DNA of 5,095 bases from a virus. Lineage: Duplodnaviria; Heunggongvirae; Uroviricota; Caudoviricetes. The DNA lies in the IMG/VR virus record IMGVR_UViG_2537562194_000019, one strand, 5' to 3'. A model generated the notes under the pieces. That model did not search any database, was not told where the DNA came from, and worked only from the letters and a program-made list of their open reading frames with translations. The position numbers were made by a program, and so were the translations under genes. Shown one piece after another: positions 5,076 to 5,095 of this stretch. How positions within the stretch are numbered: the stretch's first letter is position 1; the number at the start of each line of letters is the position of its first letter.

Positions 5076-5095
5076 ATAACTTCGTATAGCATACA
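5076..5095. other. Partial loxP-identical recombination site, truncated by the window end
   Basis: ATAACTTCGTATA (5076-5088) plus GCATACA (5089-5095) is a 20/20 match to the left 13-bp arm and first 7 nt of the spacer of P1 loxP (ATAACTTCGTATA GCATACAT TATACGAAGTTAT). Confidence 0.7.

Noticed and set aside
5060-5092. Longer version of the last gene, starting at 5092 (MLYEVITKERS...)
   Set aside because: Those 11 codons are a translation of the loxP-like sequence and its junction. The ATG at 5059 has a strong SD directly upstream; the 5092 start has none visible.
1-5095. tRNA, rRNA, CRISPR array, insertion sequence or integrase
   Set aside because: No cloverleaf-like or rRNA-like segment, no spaced direct-repeat array, and no transposase- or integrase-like ORF or terminal inverted repeats were seen.

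Overview
The window reads as the nin-to-Q end of a lambdoid (lambda-like) prophage early-right operon, transcribed on the minus strand (right to left). From the right edge inward: two hypothetical genes, a DUF551 gene, a previously unlisted 27-codon hydrophobic ORF, and a bidirectional intrinsic terminator. A ParD/ParE-type toxin-antitoxin pair sits on the opposite (+) strand, followed by a ~415-bp region I could not assign. Then come a DUF968/YdfU-like HNH protein, the RusA Holliday-junction resolvase, and a lambda-Q-family antiterminator with an expanded four-CxxC zinc-finger region. Downstream of Q is a lambda-like late promoter (pR') with a conserved AACGAT pause element and a promoter-proximal terminator, then a small terminator-flanked moron gene. 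The most anomalous observation is at the right edge: the last 20 bases are an exact match to the start of the phage P1 loxP site, in a context that is not P1-like. No tRNA, rRNA, CRISPR array or transposase was found. All functional calls rest on reading the sequence and recalled family motifs; no database search was run.
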